Assembly (NCBI RefSeq): GCF_001194135.2
Contig: NC_068988.1
Coordinates: forward strand, 37,127,554 to 37,191,553
Direction: 5' to 3'
Length of the DNA stretch: 64,000 nucleotides
Origin: Octopus bimaculoides
Taxonomy: Eukaryota
Part shown: piece by piece, positions 38,276 to 51,904 of the stretch
Layout: each line of letters opens with the position of its first letter
Numbering within the stretch: position 1 is the first letter of the stretch
Notes under the pieces: model-generated
The model's database searches: none
Told to the model about the DNA's origin: nothing
The model's input: only the letters and a program-made list of their open reading frames with translations
Program-made: the position numbers and the translations under genes

Positions 38276-38333
38276 TAAAAATTAAATGTTGAAATGTTGA
38301 ATGGCTAACAAATATCTTCGATGCTGCAATTGC

Positions 38334-38385
<52 letters not shown>

Positions 38386-40089
38386 GTAAAGAAACCACAA
38401 AAACTCTTGTAAGAAATAGCAACCCAGGATTTCGTGGATTAAATGCATAAATATATTACAAATGATCCGACAAAGCTGAGACCTAGAAGATGAAATTCTG
38501 CAAAGCAGATATTGACAGAACGTGCATTTAATATTAAAAAACAACTATGAATTTATAAGTTATATTAACTGAAAAAATAACACATAACTAAACACAAGCT
38601 TCAGTAAAAACAATTGGTGGAATGCCTAATTGGCGGAATTACGATGCACGTGCTAAAACCACTCATCACTGTTTTTATTTTCACGAATTCTTACAAATCT
38701 TTTTTTTCGATTCTGTTTTCTGAATAATGGAATTGATAAGATTATGCAAGACAACTAGTTTTTTTGCTAAATCCTGCCTAACTACCACCCGCCTAACTAC
38801 CGCATAATTTTTTTTTTCGGACAGTCTCAATCTAACATTCGTTTCTATTTACAATTTCCAAACAATTTCTTAATACCCTTTTCCACATAATCCTGGACTT
38901 TATAAGCGAAGCGCCGGCGATATGCTGCATGTTTATCAACAATATTAGCAGACAGATAGCCATACAGTGTTACGACATGTGGTCCAAGTAGACAAAAGCC
39001 TTCTTTTTTAAGAGGAAAAATAAAGTTGGAAGAGAGGTGAAGAAGTTTTGAGTACCTGTGATCGTCGTAACCGAAGGTGGGCTAGTTTTTTATGTGTATG
39101 TGCATGTATAAAGATATAATTAAAACAATACGTACACACCCACGTAAATATACATATAGATATATATAAGCAAAAAAGCCTAATGGTGTGAATTTTCTAA
39201 ACTTCCTTTCGAGACAAACGGTTTCGCAACGAATTCCAATTTAAACAGAATCTACACGATCTGAAGCATATTTGTAGAAAATTTCATTAAGAAAAATTTA
39301 GTTTTCTCAAAGTTATGAAGAAGTAAATCTTTTGGGGGCACAATTGTGTAGATATGCCGAATTCTGTAAAAATGTATGTGTGTGTGTATATATATTTACA
39401 TATGTTTGTATATGCATTTATACATGTATATGTCTAAGTTGCAGAAGATATTAGAATAATGGAATAAAATTCTGTCATAGTAAGAGATCTCCCAAATATT
39501 TATATCCTTAATTTTTAACTACTGTTTCTTGCACACATATTTGTGCAATTTTAATTTTGAAGTATTTAAAAAATTAATTGGTAATTATAATGAGAAACGA
39601 ATGGTAGATTCGCACTGTATGTATTGTAAAATCATGAATTAAAGAAAAAATTGAAGGGTGGGGGATTTAAAAANNNNNNNNNNNNNNNNNNNNNNNNNNN
39701 NNNNNNNNNNNNNNNNNNNNNNNNNNNNNNNNNNNNNNNNNNNNNNNNNNNNNNNNNNNNNNNNNNNNNNNNNNNNNNNNNNNNNNNNNNNNNNNNNNNN
39801 NNNNNNNNNNNNNNNNNNNNNNNNNNNNNNNNNNNNNNNNNNNNNNNNNNNNNNNNNNNNNNNNNNNNNNNNNNNNNNNNNNNNNNNNNNNNNNNNNNNN
39901 NNNNNNNNNNNNNNNNNNNNNNNNNNNNNNNNNNNNNNNNNNNNNNNNNNNNNNNNNNNNNNNNNNNNNNNNNNNNNNNNNNNNNNNNNNNNNNNNNNNN
40001 NNNNNNNNNNNNNNNNNNNNNNNNNNNNNNNNNNNNNNNNNNNNNNNNNNNNNNNNNNNNNNNNNNNNNNNNNNNNNNNNNNNNNATAT

Positions 40090-40252
40090 AGGCGCGAGAG
40101 TGCCTGTATGGTAAGAAGTTAGGTTCCCAACCATATGGATTTTGGTCCAATCCACCCTATGACACTTTGGGCAGGAGTCTTCCGCTATAGCCTAGGTCGA
40201 CCAAAGTCTTGTGAGTGGCGGAATATAAAAGAGGCCCGTCGAATATATAAAT

Positions 40253-40307
<55 letters not shown>

Positions 40308-40610
40308 GCATATATGTGCGTATGTGTGTATGTGTGTGTTTCTTTATATACATATAGTTTTACAGTGTGTGTATGTATGTATGTCTGTCTTTATATCTGT
40401 ATTTGTCCACCACCGCCGCCACCATTTGACAATCAGTGTTGGTGTGTTAGGTTCCTATAAATTAGTAGTTCAATAAAACAGATCAGTAGAACAAGTACCC
40501 GGCTTTAGAAAAAAACACTGGGGTCAATTGGTTTAAGAAATATTCTTCTAGCCTGCGCCCGAGCATGACTGCATTCAAATGACTTGAACAAGTAAAAGAT
40601 AGAAGGTAAA
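40090..40610 (+). mobile_element. Family A SINE with an internal (CA)/(TA) expansion
   Basis: TAGGCGCGAGAGTG..TGGTAAGAAG head, GTCGACCAAAGTCTTGTGAGTGG core, AAATGACTTGAACAAGTAAAAG tail. Confidence 0.75.
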
Positions 40611-41913
40611 AAATATGTATATACAAATGGACGTTGCTTCATGTTAAACGAATGAGAAAATAGTTCTGAATACATGCAGTGAAGGATATGCTGGTTTCTT
40701 TTTGTATTGAAACTGAAACTGAGAGGCGACAGTCACAACACCGCGATCTTTGTATACATATACACATTGCTGTATGTGCGTACCTAAGGAATGAACTTAT
40801 GACATATTTCTGTAGTCAATGACGGAAAACATTACATACTTGAACATGGATGCGCATATTTCAACATGGATGCTGCCTTTGCTACCACTGCTGCTGTCGC
40901 CACCACTTTTGATCATCATCATGACCGTTATCATGATGATGACAAGCACGACGAGATGGATTGAGGAGAAAGAGAAGAAGAACCAATATCTCGATGATGA
41001 TGGCAACGATTTGTATAATGACTATAAATTCAACGGACAGAACTATGAAACATGCATTGATTAAAGACAGTAAGGCCAGAAAAAAACACCGGTACAAGCA
41101 CCAATAAATGAGGTTTCGGCATCGGTAACTAGAAATATTAATTCTTGATCTTGAAAATTTGCCACGTTGCATAAAATCAATTTCGGTGTAAATTTTTTTT
41201 TTCAAATCGATAATCACTGGTCACATAAATTTAACCGACTGCTTTGTAAACACTACGGATTTTATAACAAAACTAATGTCAAACTAAGTACACTGCATAT
41301 AAATTAGTATACGGTATAGTATGGGTGATATAGATTCTGTTTCTGTTCCGGTATCAACTACTCGACAAACGGCTCCTGGTAACTTCTTCGAAAACGCTAT
41401 TTCGCTTTCATGGATTTTCATGTATAAATGCAAAAGTGTTTGGTTTTTTTTGTTTTGCCTTCATTTCGTATTTTTTTCTTACAGGATGCTATTTATTTTT
41501 AAAGCAGATGCAGATGAATTAATCAAACCTACCTGGAAACACATAATTGGAAGAATCGAACTCAATACTACAAAGCAATCAGCTCACCACTTTATCAATG
41601 GCACAAATACACCGCCCTAAACCAGCGTTGTAGTAAGAATTAAAGCTCAACAAAATAACAGAGCTAAGAGGAATGAACATTATTATTGTAATTCTTCAGG
41701 CTTCATGACCGTCAGCATTTCTGTTACAGGTTCTTCATGTAACCGAGAGGAATCTCTTGAGGCATTTTGGAAACACAAGTGTAATAATAATAATATCGAC
41801 AATGAGGAGGAGGAGGAGAAGCAGAAGAAGGACAAAGACGACGACGACAACGTTCACGAAGACGATGGCAACAACAGGAACAGCAACAATGAACATAATG
41901 ATAATAATAATAA

Positions 41914-42123
41914 TAGACAAATACATAACAAAAACACCAGGACTTATAAATATATATATAACATACAGAAAACTGCACTACTGGGTACTGCACACATCCT
42001 ACGCAAAACACTTTCAATACAGTAACCATAAGAGCATCACAGCAAACCACAGCGCATACCCAAGGCACACAGATATGCGCTCGGTAGTGAAGTTGAAAAA
42101 ACGCTATAAAAATAAAACTACTT
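41914..42123 (+). mobile_element. 3' end of an R4/Dong-like LINE (RLE C-terminus and 3' UTR)
   Basis: DKYITKTPGL..NIQKTALLGTAHILRKTLSIQ*, then a UTR matching 1-48; preceded by (AAT)n. Confidence 0.85.
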
Positions 42124-42124
42124 A

Positions 42125-43755
42125 TAAGGTAAGTAGCAAAATTAAGATAGAAGTAAAAGAGCAACCTAAGACTCAGAAAATGGAAGAATTCTGGAAGATC
42201 TGGAGCAACAAAAAAGAGTATAATGATAAAGCAGAGTGGATAAAACGTGAGAAGGTGAGACTGGATGAAGTTGAAAAGCAGAAATGGGAGGCTATAGGAA
42301 TATAAATGCTAAGATGTGTTCTTTGGAAGCCTCACAAAGTGAAAACCCCAGGACTGGATTGAAATCCTAAATTCTGGCTAAATTGTCTAAGAGAAGTACA
42401 CAAAACTATCGCTGCATCTCTGACTGATGTCATCTAGAGCCCAAAGTAAATATCTGCGTGACTGACTGAACGAACAACATACCTTCTACCAGAAACTGAA
42501 GTCATGAAAAATCCAAAGAACTACCGACAAATAACATGTCTCAACACCACCTACAAGATCCTGACACCGATATTAACTGACAGAATGTACACATTCCTTG
42601 AACAAAGATTTATCCTTTCACAAACAAGCTCAGAAAGGCTGTAAAAGGAATTCCTATGGGTGCAAAGATAATTATTCATAGGTAAACTGATTGTGGAGAA
42701 TTGCTGAAGCAAAAGAAGAACCTGAGTATGGCATGGATAGATTCAGGAAGGCGTTTGATACTGTCCCACATAATTGTAAACTCAAGGCCCTTGAGATATA
42801 TAGTATCTCTCCTGTCATCTCCAAATTATTTCAATGTAGTATGGCAAAGTGGAACACACGTCTCCTTCTAAACCATAGTAATGAGGTGGACCAAACTAAC
42901 AACATCAACATCAAACGAGGCATTTTTCAAGGTGACTACGTCTTCCCATTCCTCTTTTGTATGGCACTGATCCCACTATCAAACGAACTTAATAACACCA
43001 GTTATGAGTTCAAGATGTACAATGCGACAATAAACCGTGTGTTTTATATGGACGATCTAAAGCTGTTTGCTAGAAATGACGAAGAGCTAGTAGGGCTGCT
43101 AACGACTGTTAAAGAATTCAGTAATGATATCGAGGTGGACTTTGGCTTTGATAAGTGTGTTAAAGCAACTTTTGTAAGAGGCAAGCTCAGGCAAACAACT
43201 TCCGTTAAATTAGATACCAACACAGCCATCAAGGGGCTTGACCCTTGGGAAAATTACAAATACCTGGGGATAAACTAAGGAGATAGTATACATGCTACCA
43301 TGAAGGAAAAAATAAGAAAGGAATATTACCGGGGAATATGACTCATACAGGTGTTGGTGCCACGACTACCAGCACCAGCACCAGCACCAGCACCAGCACC
43401 ACTAGCACCAACAGCACCAGCAAAACCCCCTCCACACCATATTCAGTTTTAAGATTATATTTTCTAAAAATATTTTATCTCCATAAGGAGGTGACACAAT
43501 ACAAAACAGAAACAACTACACTGATACACTGCTCTCAGATGACAATATAGCAGAAATGGTAAAAGAGACAAAAGAAAACATGCAAACAGAACTATAAAAC
43601 TTGCTAAAGAAGAAATGGAGAGAAAAATCACTCCACGGTCAATACTCAGCAAGGCTTGAAAGAGAAGAGATGAATCTAAGTAAATGCCAACAATGGTTCA
43701 AAAAATATGGACTAAAAGCTGAAACGGAAGGACTGATTCTCGCTGCACAAGGCCA
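42125..43755 (+). pseudogene. R4/Dong-like LINE RT region (decayed, 3' truncated)
   Basis: EEFWKIWSNKKEYNDKAEWIK; KNPKNYRQITCLNTTYKILT; RKAFDTVPH; KRGIFQGDYVFPFLFCMALIPL; FYMDDLKLFA; FGFDKC; KWREKSLHGQY..LKAETEGLILAAQ. An (ACCAGC)n patch lies at ~43365-43420. Confidence 0.9.
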
Positions 43756-44089
43756 CCTTTTTGTATTCTTGTGTTTACATTTATTTTACGCATGTTGAGG
43801 TTAGTTTCCATATTGACGAACCAGTAGCTGTCTAAGAGACAAAATGACTGACGTTTAGCGACCGGTAATAATACAGTACGTTCAGAAACTGAAGTCTGTG
43901 TACTGTACCGTGTTCAGAAGCTATTTATAAGGGTATGAGATAAACATTTGATAGAATAATGTTAAATTTTGTTGTAGTGCTGACGTCAAACCTTTTGTAG
44001 CTCCTCTCTTCACGCAAATTACGACACCTCTTTTGTTTGATTTTATACAGAAGGCTAACTATTCATCACCTTGTTTATATCGTTTGTTC

Positions 44090-44390
44090 CTTTACTCAAT
44101 TACTAGTTTCAGTCATTGATCTGCAGCCAAACTGGTGCACGAACTTAAAAAGTTTCTATGAAACAAAGCGACACCATTCTTATTTTTAAAATCATTGTGT
44201 TACTTACTCTAGCTGTCTTTTTTGCCAAACTGCTAATATACGAGAGCGCAAAAAAAAAACTGTACCCGTTGTTAAGCGGTGAAAGAAATACTTCCACCAA
44301 ATTCACTCAGAAAGCATTGGTCGTTCTAGGCTATTGCAGAAGCATTGGACCAAAGTGCTACGCAGTGATTCTAAATACAAAACAACGATG
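44090..44390 (-). mobile_element. Degraded family A SINE
   Basis: TTTCAGTCATT..CTGCAGCCA tail, TTTTTGCCAAACTGCTAA, CACCAAATTCACTCA..GCATTGGTCG. Confidence 0.6.
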
Positions 44391-46505
44391 TTACATTTTA
44401 ACTTTATTAATCACACATCTATGTTTACGTCTAAGTTTTACTGTATTAGACGGTTAAATAACAGGTATCCTTCTCTCTTTCTCTCTCCACTTTCCTTCTA
44501 CCTCTCGATCCCCCTAGAGGAAAACCTCAAATTTTGTATTCATGAGAAATTCAAAAAATAAACGTACTAACGCAGTTAACTAGATGGCAGCTGATTAAAC
44601 GCATTATGCAAATGAGCAGTTCACAGTTATAAGCATAATGAGAAGCGGAAGCACTGGTTTATGATAAATAACAATTGACATATACCAGTTCTTCAGTTCT
44701 TTTAATATGCTACATTTGAACAACCATGTGAATCGTAGCGCTGACTTTAAAACATATTGTATTTGTTAGTGGCATACTTATTATTATTGGTTTAGTGCTG
44801 CTCTGCAAATCAGCTATCATTCAAGTGGCAGACCACCATCAGAACTACTAAATTTACTCACAGCGTCTATCATCAATTAGCGTAATAACACTGACATTCC
44901 ACTTACATCCGTTGCACAAAAATAAACGAATGCCTCTTTTGATTTTTGCAACAGAGATCTTTATTAATACTAATCGTAACCGTCTTAAAAGCTTCCTCTA
45001 CTTTCCAGGTCAGCGGAATACACCAAGATCTATTTCCGAAATTATTCTGTTACTCAGGAAGAAATTAAAAAACAAAAACGACAACTTTACTGACTCGATG
45101 TTTCAAAATCGCATAAAGGAGTGAAAACAACGACCTCAATCAACAATGTCATTATTACATAGACCTCATAATTGATTTACTCTTTTAACTAGCCAGTTTC
45201 AGGAAGCGTAGTGAATACAATAGAAGCTATAGATTTTATAGTTTACAACAAAGCAGGAATTTTTTATTGATATTTTAATGTCATATTTGAAGCAGAGGAT
45301 GTCAATGAAAGCTGGGAATCTCCATGGTGGTTAATTTGCAAGAGAAATAATATATAGTGAAATCAAGTATTTTATCAAACACGTTAGTCTTCTATAGAAT
45401 TGTTTGTTCTCTACGCTATTTACGGCAAGTAATTAAGACTCTAAGACATAGTATTGCCTTTTGTTTAAAATAACACGGTTGGGGAAAACAGATGAAGAAT
45501 TTTGAAACAGCTTGCTCATTAATAGCTGAAAGCTTTATTTTTATTTTTCAGTCGAGAAACATTACAAAAGTTCATCTTCCAGGCCGCGAGGGAAACAGTA
45601 CAATATTGAAACAAAGCCAATGATTTCAGTTCAGTAAGGCATTTTACATGCTATGCATTACTAAATCGATAGCTATAAAGTATTTCATTGTCAACCATTG
45701 AAACGGATTTAATGCATAGCTTCTGAATGTTTATCAATACTTCCCACGTTTTAGGCATATATTATCGATGTGTCGTTCTTAGAAATGGAAAGTTATAAAT
45801 AACATTTTAAAATTGTATATTACTTGGTTAAAAATTCTTTGATATACGATGTTCACAAGGAATCAGAAATTTTACTTTCTAAACCAGCATTGATCTTGAA
45901 TATTATAACTTAGGTGTAGGCATTTAGGTGTGTACAAGGCATGATACATCACAAACAGCTGTAACGTATAATTTACAAATGGTATCGTACAACATGAAAA
46001 TAGTTTACGCCAAATAATGCTGTGTATTAAATGATATAATTCTAAATTTCTGTCAACATACTATATTATTAATGTATTGCACAATCTGTGGAAAATAGAA
46101 CGCATAGCATACAAATATACATTTTTTTTTATTTTACTGGATAACAAACAATTCATATACAGCAGTATTATATTCCATTCAATTCACACGCGTATTTTCC
46201 TGACATTTACTTCGTCAATCCTGCAAAAATTAAAGGCGAGACTATATCAGTGGGATTTAATTCTATTATCAGTGATATTTTGTAATATAAAATAAATTAT
46301 TCATACTGAAGTCACAATATTACTTTCCATTTTTGACGAAAATCGTAGACATATATGTTAATGGTTTAGATGCTTTTAGTTATACCGGTTAACTGCTAAC
46401 AAATATTATAGATAACACTGTATAACGACTACTATTTCCTGTTTGCTTACCCAAGAAAGTATGAAAAATGGCTAATATTTCCTTCAAGCTTTACTTTTAG
46501 TATAT

Positions 46506-46680
46506 TTATTCAAACCCTAAAGAATCCCTCTTGACACATGGCTACGATGCTTCTCCACTACTGCTGATTGTTATCAGAGATACATATATTGTCAGCCTCT
46601 AGGGGATATACTCCAGTGGTTAAGATCAAGCAACTGATAAGTAAATCTGTTTTGTTGAGCAGAATATTTGCAATAACGAT
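46506..46680 (-). mobile_element. Internal fragment of retroposon 'Z'
   Basis: Colinear with ~16668-16835. Confidence 0.65.
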
Positions 46681-47124
46681 ATTTCTGCTTCAGCAACCGA
46701 GCGCTGAATCTATCTGAAATGTAAACGAATGTAGGTCGATTTCAAAATATTGATATCCAGGTCAGAAAAGCAAAGTCTGAAGTAAATAGTAGCCATTTCC
46801 TTTCAATTCTAGGTAGGAAATAATGGTTACTGACCACAAGAGCAAAAAGAAAAAGTTGTAACACATGGTCATGAAAGAGAGATATCTCTGGTGTAATTCA
46901 AACTTGAATACAGAGGAAAGAAACGCAACAACGAATTTACTTCAGCATTCTAACGTTTCTTCCAATTCACTGACATTAGCTTCAATTCACTGACATTTGT
47001 GCGTTGCAACAGACATTTAAAATATTGTCTAGGAAATTATGCTGATTGCTGCTTGTTAGCCCCAGGCCAAACCTGATTGAACAAATCCATAACGAAACGG
47101 ATTCCAACTGCAATCAAGCTTTTC

Positions 47125-47390
47125 TACGAGTAACATGGCCCGGTGGTGAAAACGTTGCACTGATGATCACGAGATTGAGGTTTCAATTCCTAGACTGGGT
47201 GGTGCGCTGTGTTCTTGAGCAAAACACTTTATCTCCTGTTGCTCAGTAATCTCTTTGACACCTGACGCGTGGTACACCGCGCACCTGTTCAGGTAATGTA
47301 GATTTGATGGAAGAAGTGAGCTAATGTACAGTGCATACCTTTGATCACTATGATCAAATCATTTGCGCAGATCGTTCGGCAAAAAAATAA
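47125..47390 (+). mobile_element. Family B-like tRNA-derived SINE
   Basis: TGGCCCGGTGG A-box, GGTTTCAATTCC B-box, TGTGTTCTTGAGCAAAACACTTT. Confidence 0.7.
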
Positions 47391-50300
47391 ACACTCATAT
47401 GTCGTTTTCGCCGGGAGAGTCCATCATTATTTAACATTATTTACATTTCCTTAATAAAGGTGTTTGGATAGGATTAAAGAAATTCTCTTCAATAAGTGGC
47501 AACCTGATTTTATCCAAAATGTATTCAGATTTTCATTTATAGTGCAAAACCTAAATTTCAGTGGCGGAAATCACAATGTTCAGTATAAGTGTCTGTTTAA
47601 TATATAGCAAATTATTATATTATTCTTTGCAAGCAAAAATTATATTACATACGCAATCAATAGTTCGCTATTCCATAAAAGCGTGACATAATTTCTGGTA
47701 AAATTGTAGTGGGTGTTGGCCCGATTCGGCAGCTAGTGCCACGTGACATCAAGAAGCAATGCAAGCTAATGTTTCGTTAAGCTTGCATTTTGAAGTATTT
47801 GCTATTCCCATTGACACCCCCTATTTATTCAACCCTGTGTACTAATAGCAATCGGTATAACAATCTCACACACCTCCATTAGTATAATTGAAACTGCACT
47901 CTTTCTTGCAATACACTTTATACTAAATTGCAAGGTACACATTTTTTCACAGAAACCGTAGAAAATATCGAGCTATAACACATGTCTCAAAATGGCAGTT
48001 ATCCTTATTGATCTGAAGTTTCACATTTAATTTTTCCTAATGTACTAAACGAGTAGGATAAATGATCTAGCGGGCAAAATACTTAGACTATCAATTCATG
48101 AGTCTTGTTTTTTTGTTTTTTTTAGGTAAACTATTGACATGATTTGTTGTATACTCAGGTCAATTAACCTACATGTAGAAAACTGGTACCAGTATTCAGA
48201 AAACGTTCTTATACTTGCTTCTTATATCATCAGGAAACTACATCGCCGCATTCCTTCCCTCGGGAAATCTACAGATATTCCATTAACATCACCTTAATGT
48301 AATGAACTTGACGAGGACGTATTTGTAATGCAACGTACATCTGTGGATTCGAGCATCTTACAATACGAGAATGATACTGTGTGAAACTAAATAATGTTTT
48401 ATCCACATCGCTCACTTACGCGAATTAAAATTTGAGTTTCACTCATAATTATTCTAATTTTACGTTAAAATATTACTTACTAACGTTGTGGAAACGCTAC
48501 AACCTTAAATTCCATTAAAATATACATAAGGCTTAACGTTTGAAACATTAAACAATACAGACAAAAGGCCGTGTGTTTCTAGTAATCTCTGTGTGTATAA
48601 ATATATATCACTGAAACAAGTTTCCTCCCATATGAAATAATTATAGCAACACTGTTTTGTTTTGTTTTTTGGGGTCTTTTTTCTCTTTTCTTTTGCGATA
48701 ATAGAAGTGAAATAACGCAATGGTTTTTGATCCTCCCTTGCATTTTTCGTTCAAATGAAAATCAGTATTATTTAAGTCAATACCGTAATTATGTTTTTGA
48801 AACTAATCATGATTTCGGTGTTGTAGGGGAGAAATGTAGTTTGTTCTATTTTTTTTATATTTAGTTAAGTTTCTTTTATGGAAAAGGAAAAAGAAAGAAA
48901 TAATTGTTGGGGTTTGTTTTAGACATCACATTTTTTAAACAAAATAAAATATATTGAACCATTTTCCGAAAATATTTCATAAACTAAAACAAAATTTTTC
49001 AAACAAAACATTTAATTTGATAACATTCCAAACGCAATAGCACTAATTACATCTTTGAAATCATTTTCTAATTGTTCGATGACTTCAGAATTGATTTCAT
49101 TCCCAGCACTACCGCCAAATGTTTGCCCATTATAACAATGCAAGCAATAACCCCATCAGAAATGATACTTCGAAGAACAAAACCTCTATTACCATGGTGA
49201 CAGTTGTTGCCAATGGCCTACTAAAAGAAAGCAAGACAAGAACTTTAACAAAGCGAACAGACATTAAAGTTAATATTTTTAAAAATTTATAGCTGGGTTT
49301 TACAAAAAAAAAATGTCGATACTATTTAAGAAAACAAAAAATAAAAATGACCAGAAAAGTTATTAACATCATAACAAGAAATAAAGGGAGTTTAATTTGA
49401 ATGCGTGAATAGTTACATCTATTTATGAATTATACTTTGGAAGCCAATCGAAACAAAGGGTCGAAAACCTCCATTGAAAATAGATTTGAAATAAAAAGAT
49501 TCCCAATATATAAATAATTTTGTGTGTCCACCTCTACACCTATAGGTAAAAAGAAAATATAAAATACATGTTAAGCCTCCTGTATGCATCAACATAAATC
49601 TGTAAGCTTTCAATAAGATGAATTAGCTTCATTGCTTTATTTACGATTCTATGAATTTTAGTTGGCAAATGGGAACGCAGCAATGGCTGTGTGCTTCAGA
49701 AGTTCACTTAGATATACCGGTATTCTGAATTCAATCATGCACTTCATCTCTTTAAGCAAATATACACCTTCGGATTGACTGTCGAATTTGAGCAAAATTT
49801 GCTGTGCAGAAACCCACTGTGTAAATTTGCGTGTACATGTGTGTATGTGCGCATGTGTCTGTGTGTGTGTGTGTGTGTGAAAGTGAGTATGTGTATGAAT
49901 ACGCGCGCATGCGTACATGTATGTGTTTGTGTGTGTGTGTATGTGTAGGGGGTGAATAATCACAATTTTTAAGTACTTGAATTTTTCCTATAACGAAAGA
50001 AATGGTTTCTTGCAAAGAATCAAAACTATGTGAAGTGTTAACATTTAATTTAAATCTAAATTTCTGGATTGATAATCACAGTAGATAAGGTACTGGTTTT
50101 AAAAGAAGAACCCATAAATATGAGAACATCATTTTGAAATATTTCGAATTAGCACCACAAAAATATATAAAGTAATATACGATTATCGAAATTTCCGGAA
50201 GCTTTCATTTTACATATTATTAGAGTTTAAGTTACTACTGACATTCTTACAAGCGTAAGAATCCTTTCCTACTCATATTACAAATATTATCATCCATATT

Positions 50301-51031
50301 ATTCTTCTTATCTTTATAATTGGTTATTGTTGCTACTCGTTGTATCATTATAATTATAAATTTGATTATTGTTTCATGTATCTGGTATGTTGTTATTGCG
50401 AGTAATTCTTTGCACTACTGTTCAGATTGTTAGTGAGTAGATACGTACCACCTATATACGAGCTTACACATTCTCTAGGGTTTGAATAATTGCAGTATCT
50501 CCCAGTTTTAGCTAACGCCTCAGCTGATTCTGATTTTAATGATTTTTGTTTAGCTGATAGTATACAAATACAGGAAAAGACAATAATTACTATTGGTTTT
50601 ATAACAGCTCCAATGTGAGTCAACATGTGACTTACGAACTTTAAGTGTTCATTTGATTTATAGTGGGGTCTAAATCGGTCGATGTCATGCTCTAACATTA
50701 CATCCAGGAAGTAAATTATGAAATATTATTATCATTATCAAAAGCTATATTTTTTCTAAGACCTGAAGAATATTTTCCTATACCTTTCGTAGTTAGCATT
50801 ACTGCACATCATCACGATGCATAGTACATCATCCCTATATAGACTGTCTTCCTCCCTTACAGAGTGTATCATGTATATTCTCCCAAAATCAGTGGCTTGC
50901 ATAGACTCAATTGATCACATGGTTATATCGAAGTTACTTTCCCTGTTCAGGTTCCAAAATATCCACATTATGCTTTGACTAATCGATATTCTCAGTGAAC
51001 ATCAGCATTTTATGAAGAAATACTGTGGAGA

Positions 51032-51231
51032 TTCTTTTCTACGCTAGGCACAAGGCCCCAAATTTTAGGGTAGAGGGCCAGTCGATTAGATCGACCCAGT
51101 ACGCAACTGATACTCAATTTATCGGCCTCGAAAGAATGAAAGGCAAAGACGAACTCGGCGGAATTTGAACTCAGGACGTAAAGACAAACGAAATACTGCT
51201 AAGCATTTCGCCCGGTGTGCTAACGTTTCTG
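51032..51231 (-). mobile_element. Family C SINE
   Basis: Colinear with 36445-36640. Confidence 0.85.
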
Positions 51232-51369
51232 AAAAGTAATAATCAGCTATATACATCTGTAAAAATTTACCATCCTCCTTATTAGTAAGACTATAAACTA
51301 GTCAACCACATCACAATTACGAGACCACAAACAGAGTGAAGAGTTTTTTTGTTTGTTTTTTTGTTTTGT

Positions 51370-51890
51370 TTTTCTAAGGTTTGGGATAGTAATGTCAATA
51401 ATCTTTTAATAGTCGCACCTATTTCGGACTTAGAGGAAAAGATTAGTCGAACAGAAATTTTTTCAAAATTAGGCTTTTGATCTTCAAGATAAACTCAAAA
51501 GGAATTTCGGTGTGAATGGTTCAGTCTTATCTACTAACTTCAAAATGTCCACAATATTCCATCCATTTTTACTATCAGCAATGTCCAAATGATTTTCTGA
51601 TCGGTAATCCTTACAAATTTATTTTCGTATACGGTCATTATTTAGGTTTTAGTCCAAACGTCATAAGTTTTCGTTTCATCAGCAGGAACTAAAATTGCAG
51701 GTGCTTTTCTCAGTTGTTTTATTAGATTATTAAGTTTTCCTCATGTATTCATTACTTCGGAATATGTTTATATTCTGTTTGTATTTTTCATTACAGTTAT
51801 CATCAAAACCTTCCAAATGTGGGTAGTGATACGAGGATTCTTGTAGGACTTAGATTCTAGTTTCAGGTAACTATGGTCATCATTAGAATT
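51370..51890 (-). pseudogene. Penelope-like RT N-terminal fragment
   Basis: Minus frames: KSYKNP; IKQLRKAPAILVPADETKTY; VYLEDQKPNFEKISVRLIFSSKSEIGATIKRLL, resembling the PLE motifs .PADKT and LKDHKPNF..RLINP.KSEIG. Confidence 0.65.
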
Positions 51891-51904
51891 CTGCGATCTA
51901 GTAC

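Noticed and set aside
39050-39090. GGGCTAG|T as a Helitron 3' end
   Set aside because: The upstream hairpin is only ~3 bp and it is on the opposite strand to the Rep remnant.
41485-41632. Strong acceptor (ttttcttacag) and GTAAGA donor bounding 148 nt
   Set aside because: Stop codons in all three frames; it could only be non-coding or terminal, and there is no other support.
50393-50698. 101-aa minus ORF with a hydrophobic stretch
   Set aside because: No recognisable motif and weak splice context; this length is expected by chance.
51665-51685. CTGATGA-AAC-GAAA on the minus strand (similar motif at ~11090-11102)
   Set aside because: Only 3 nt separate the core motifs, so there is no helix II; the 51.7-kb case is coding sequence (PADETK).
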